DNA from: Mobula hypostoma
Lineage: Eukaryota
Assembly: GCF_963921235.1 (NCBI RefSeq)
Contig: NC_086101.1
Location: forward strand, 31,744,001-31,808,000
DNA: 64,000 nucleotides
Direction of reading: 5' to 3'
Every line of letters begins with the position of its first letter. The first letter of the stretch is position 1. The notes below the pieces were generated by a model. It saw only the letters and a program-made list of their open reading frames with translations, was not told where the DNA came from and did not search any database. Positions 61,924 through 64,000 of this stretch are shown piece after piece. Position numbers and translations under genes: made by a program.

Positions 61924-62984
61924 TATAAGAAGTAAGAGCCCTTCAAAGAGAGGCTGTAGAATCAGTTGACAGTGAAGTTATTCACAGTGGTTCGGGGGGG
62001 AGCCTGATGGCTGGTGTCGATGATGTGCTGTTCTTTCTCCAGAATCTCTGACCACGACAGACCAGTTCTATCCTACATCTTTCCAACAACTCCGCATTGC
62101 AATGTCGGCCGACCCAAAACCTGCGGCTGAGAAACAATCCCCATCAGTGACTGGGTCAGAGCTGTACGTGCCAGGAACACTCAGCAGATCGGTCAGCATC
62201 TGCAGAAAGAGAAACAGTTGATGGTTCTGGTGCAAGACCTTTGTCAGATCGGACGCTAGTTGGAGATCCTCAATGTGTGGAAAGTTGTGGGGAGGGATGT
62301 CGTGTAAAATTGTGTTCCGTCACGGAGCGTGGTAAAACTCCTCGGGGTATATCAATATATAAATATGGCTTGGAGCAAATTGCGTTTTGAGACTCTGGGG
62401 AACCCGAACAGAGGCGGTGGATGAGCGATGATCAGATTTAAGGCCAATTGGCCTGATTCTCTACGCCTCGTATTTACAGTCCCTCCACCTCAGTCCACCC
62501 TCCTCTCTATTTTTTATTCATTTAGAACTATAACCCATCTGCCTTTACCCCCTAACTCCCTAATATTCCCCCTCCCTCCAACCCTTCCCCTCCCCTAGCT
62601 TAACCTGTCGGTAATCCTTAACCTCTCCTCAGTTCACCACTTACTTCGCCTCAACCCTCCCCTTCTCTTCTTTATACTGGAGATTTTCGCTCTTCACTCG
62701 GTCCTGATGCCGGCCTGATCCTGAAGGTCTACAAATTGCTGAACAATCACCCATTCCCCCCCCCCGCCCCCACCTGTACTGCTCAATCCGAATCCGAATC
62801 GGAATTAGAATCAAATGCAAGTTTAATATCACTGGTATATGTCATCAAATGCCTTGTTTTGCGACAGCAGTACGGTGCAATACTTTATAAAAACTATGAA
62901 TTACTTTAAAGAATACAGATTGTGGGATGATGCTGCGGATATACGGGACGGATTTGATTGGGGCAGAGTGGGATAGGGTGGGGG

Positions 62985-63205
62985 GGGGGATCTCTCGCCG
63001 CCGGCCAGGCGGAGTCTTTGCGCCTGTTGGTGAGGCGTGGGGATGAGGGATACCGCCGGATACCGCTGGGCAGTGTGCTCCGGAAACCCCTACCCCATTG
63101 TGCCCATTGAGTCGTTCTGCGGTTTCTGCAGCACATTGCGTGCTGACCTCTGCCTTCTGGTCAAAGGTGTTGGCGAGGATAGCGAACATTGTGCCAAAGA
63201 CCAAA
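62985..63205 (-). mobile_element. Old Tx1 post-RT fragment
   Basis: ANTFDQK..SARNVLQK..FPEHT..LTNRRKDSAWPAAR, homologous to 52590-52770 and 59200-59340. Confidence 0.7.
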
Positions 63206-63629
63206 AAAAAACATAGAACGCTGGGTTAATTCAGCAGGTCAGTCCGTTGACCTCAACTAGGCCTAAAAACGTCCCACTCCCCACGTGGTCAAAATAAAAC
63301 TAAATAACGTGGTCTAAAATACCCTAACCATCGAAGTGGCGCGTCTTTCATTATCTTGGTCCATGGGGAGAAAACACATGCCGGGTGATCGACCCTGGCT
63401 CGGTCGCCTGGGCGAGCGTGCCTAATGTTCGAAGACCCGAGGCTGCTACCAGGATAATGGAGCCAAGTGGTTTTGGGCCAGGTTAATGAAAGACGTGGTG
63501 CAGGTCGAAGTGCCAGGGTTAAGTGACACAGAATTGCCTGTAATTAGATCTCAGTCCGTTCTTCAGCATTTGAGAACACGAAACACAGTTTACTTCTAAA
63601 AACCACGTTCTATTTTTTGTTTACAAGGT

Positions 63630-63759
63630 CAGCGGAGAGCGCGAACGCAGTCCCCCACTACCACAAATTCCGCAGTCGAGTATCCCGCATTTGGGGACAT
63701 CGCAGGCGTCAGCACACCCGGAGTGCAATGGGATAGCCTCGTCCTGGAACCTCGGCCTT
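63630..63759 (-). pseudogene. RNU1: U1 snRNA 3' part (nt about 35/37-164), interrupted in loop I
   Basis: 3 differences from the intact copy; joined to a Tx1 polyA end. Confidence 0.95.
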
Positions 63760-64000
63760 TTTTTCCAAAAATACTTTATTCAGAAATATTACAAAATAAA
63801 AATAATTACATACAAGAAAAGAAAACCATTCGTTGACTGTAAGTCCTTATTCAATACAGTTATTAACAATAAAATTTTGCGTTGACTCTCTGTTCATTTA
63901 CAAATGAAAGATGTTTACAGTAAATCATGCGTTTACTCTCAACCCTTGGTCAAGAGTTAAAACTTATTAACAATCAAAATTTTCAACAATAAAGGCAGGC
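63758..64000 (-). mobile_element. 3' end of a second Tx1-family element inserted in U1 (continues beyond the window)
   Basis: A7 tail and AATAAA; 27-nt identity (ctttattcagaaatattacaaaataaa) with 58342-58368, then clearly diverged but homologous repeat units. Confidence 0.85.

Overview
Repeat-dense vertebrate genomic window. The repeat families (CR1, Rex1/Babar, Penelope tails, V-SINE, L1, Tx1) look like those of a cartilaginous fish, probably a ray; this is an inference. No intact multi-exon host gene is recognisable. Bases 1-52 kb are mostly decayed and nested LINEs, solo LTRs, an internally deleted hAT transposon with a perfect 8-bp TSD, a 5.1-kb 30-mer satellite, a probable decayed collagen-like sequence and one tRNA-Thr(AGT) gene. 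The most interesting part is 52.3-64 kb, a U1 snRNA cluster on the minus strand. It holds one full-length 164-nt variant U1 gene with PSE, DSE and 3'-box; its stem-loop I is rewritten by compensatory changes and its U1-70K loop is altered. Two further U1 genes are each interrupted at the same position in loop I (around U1 nt 35-38) by the polyA 3' end of related but diverged Tx1-clade non-LTR retrotransposons. Three older co-oriented Tx1 remnants lie nearby. This pattern suggests a U1-snRNA-targeting Tx1 family. Boundaries of decayed repeats are approximate and were read by eye without database searches.
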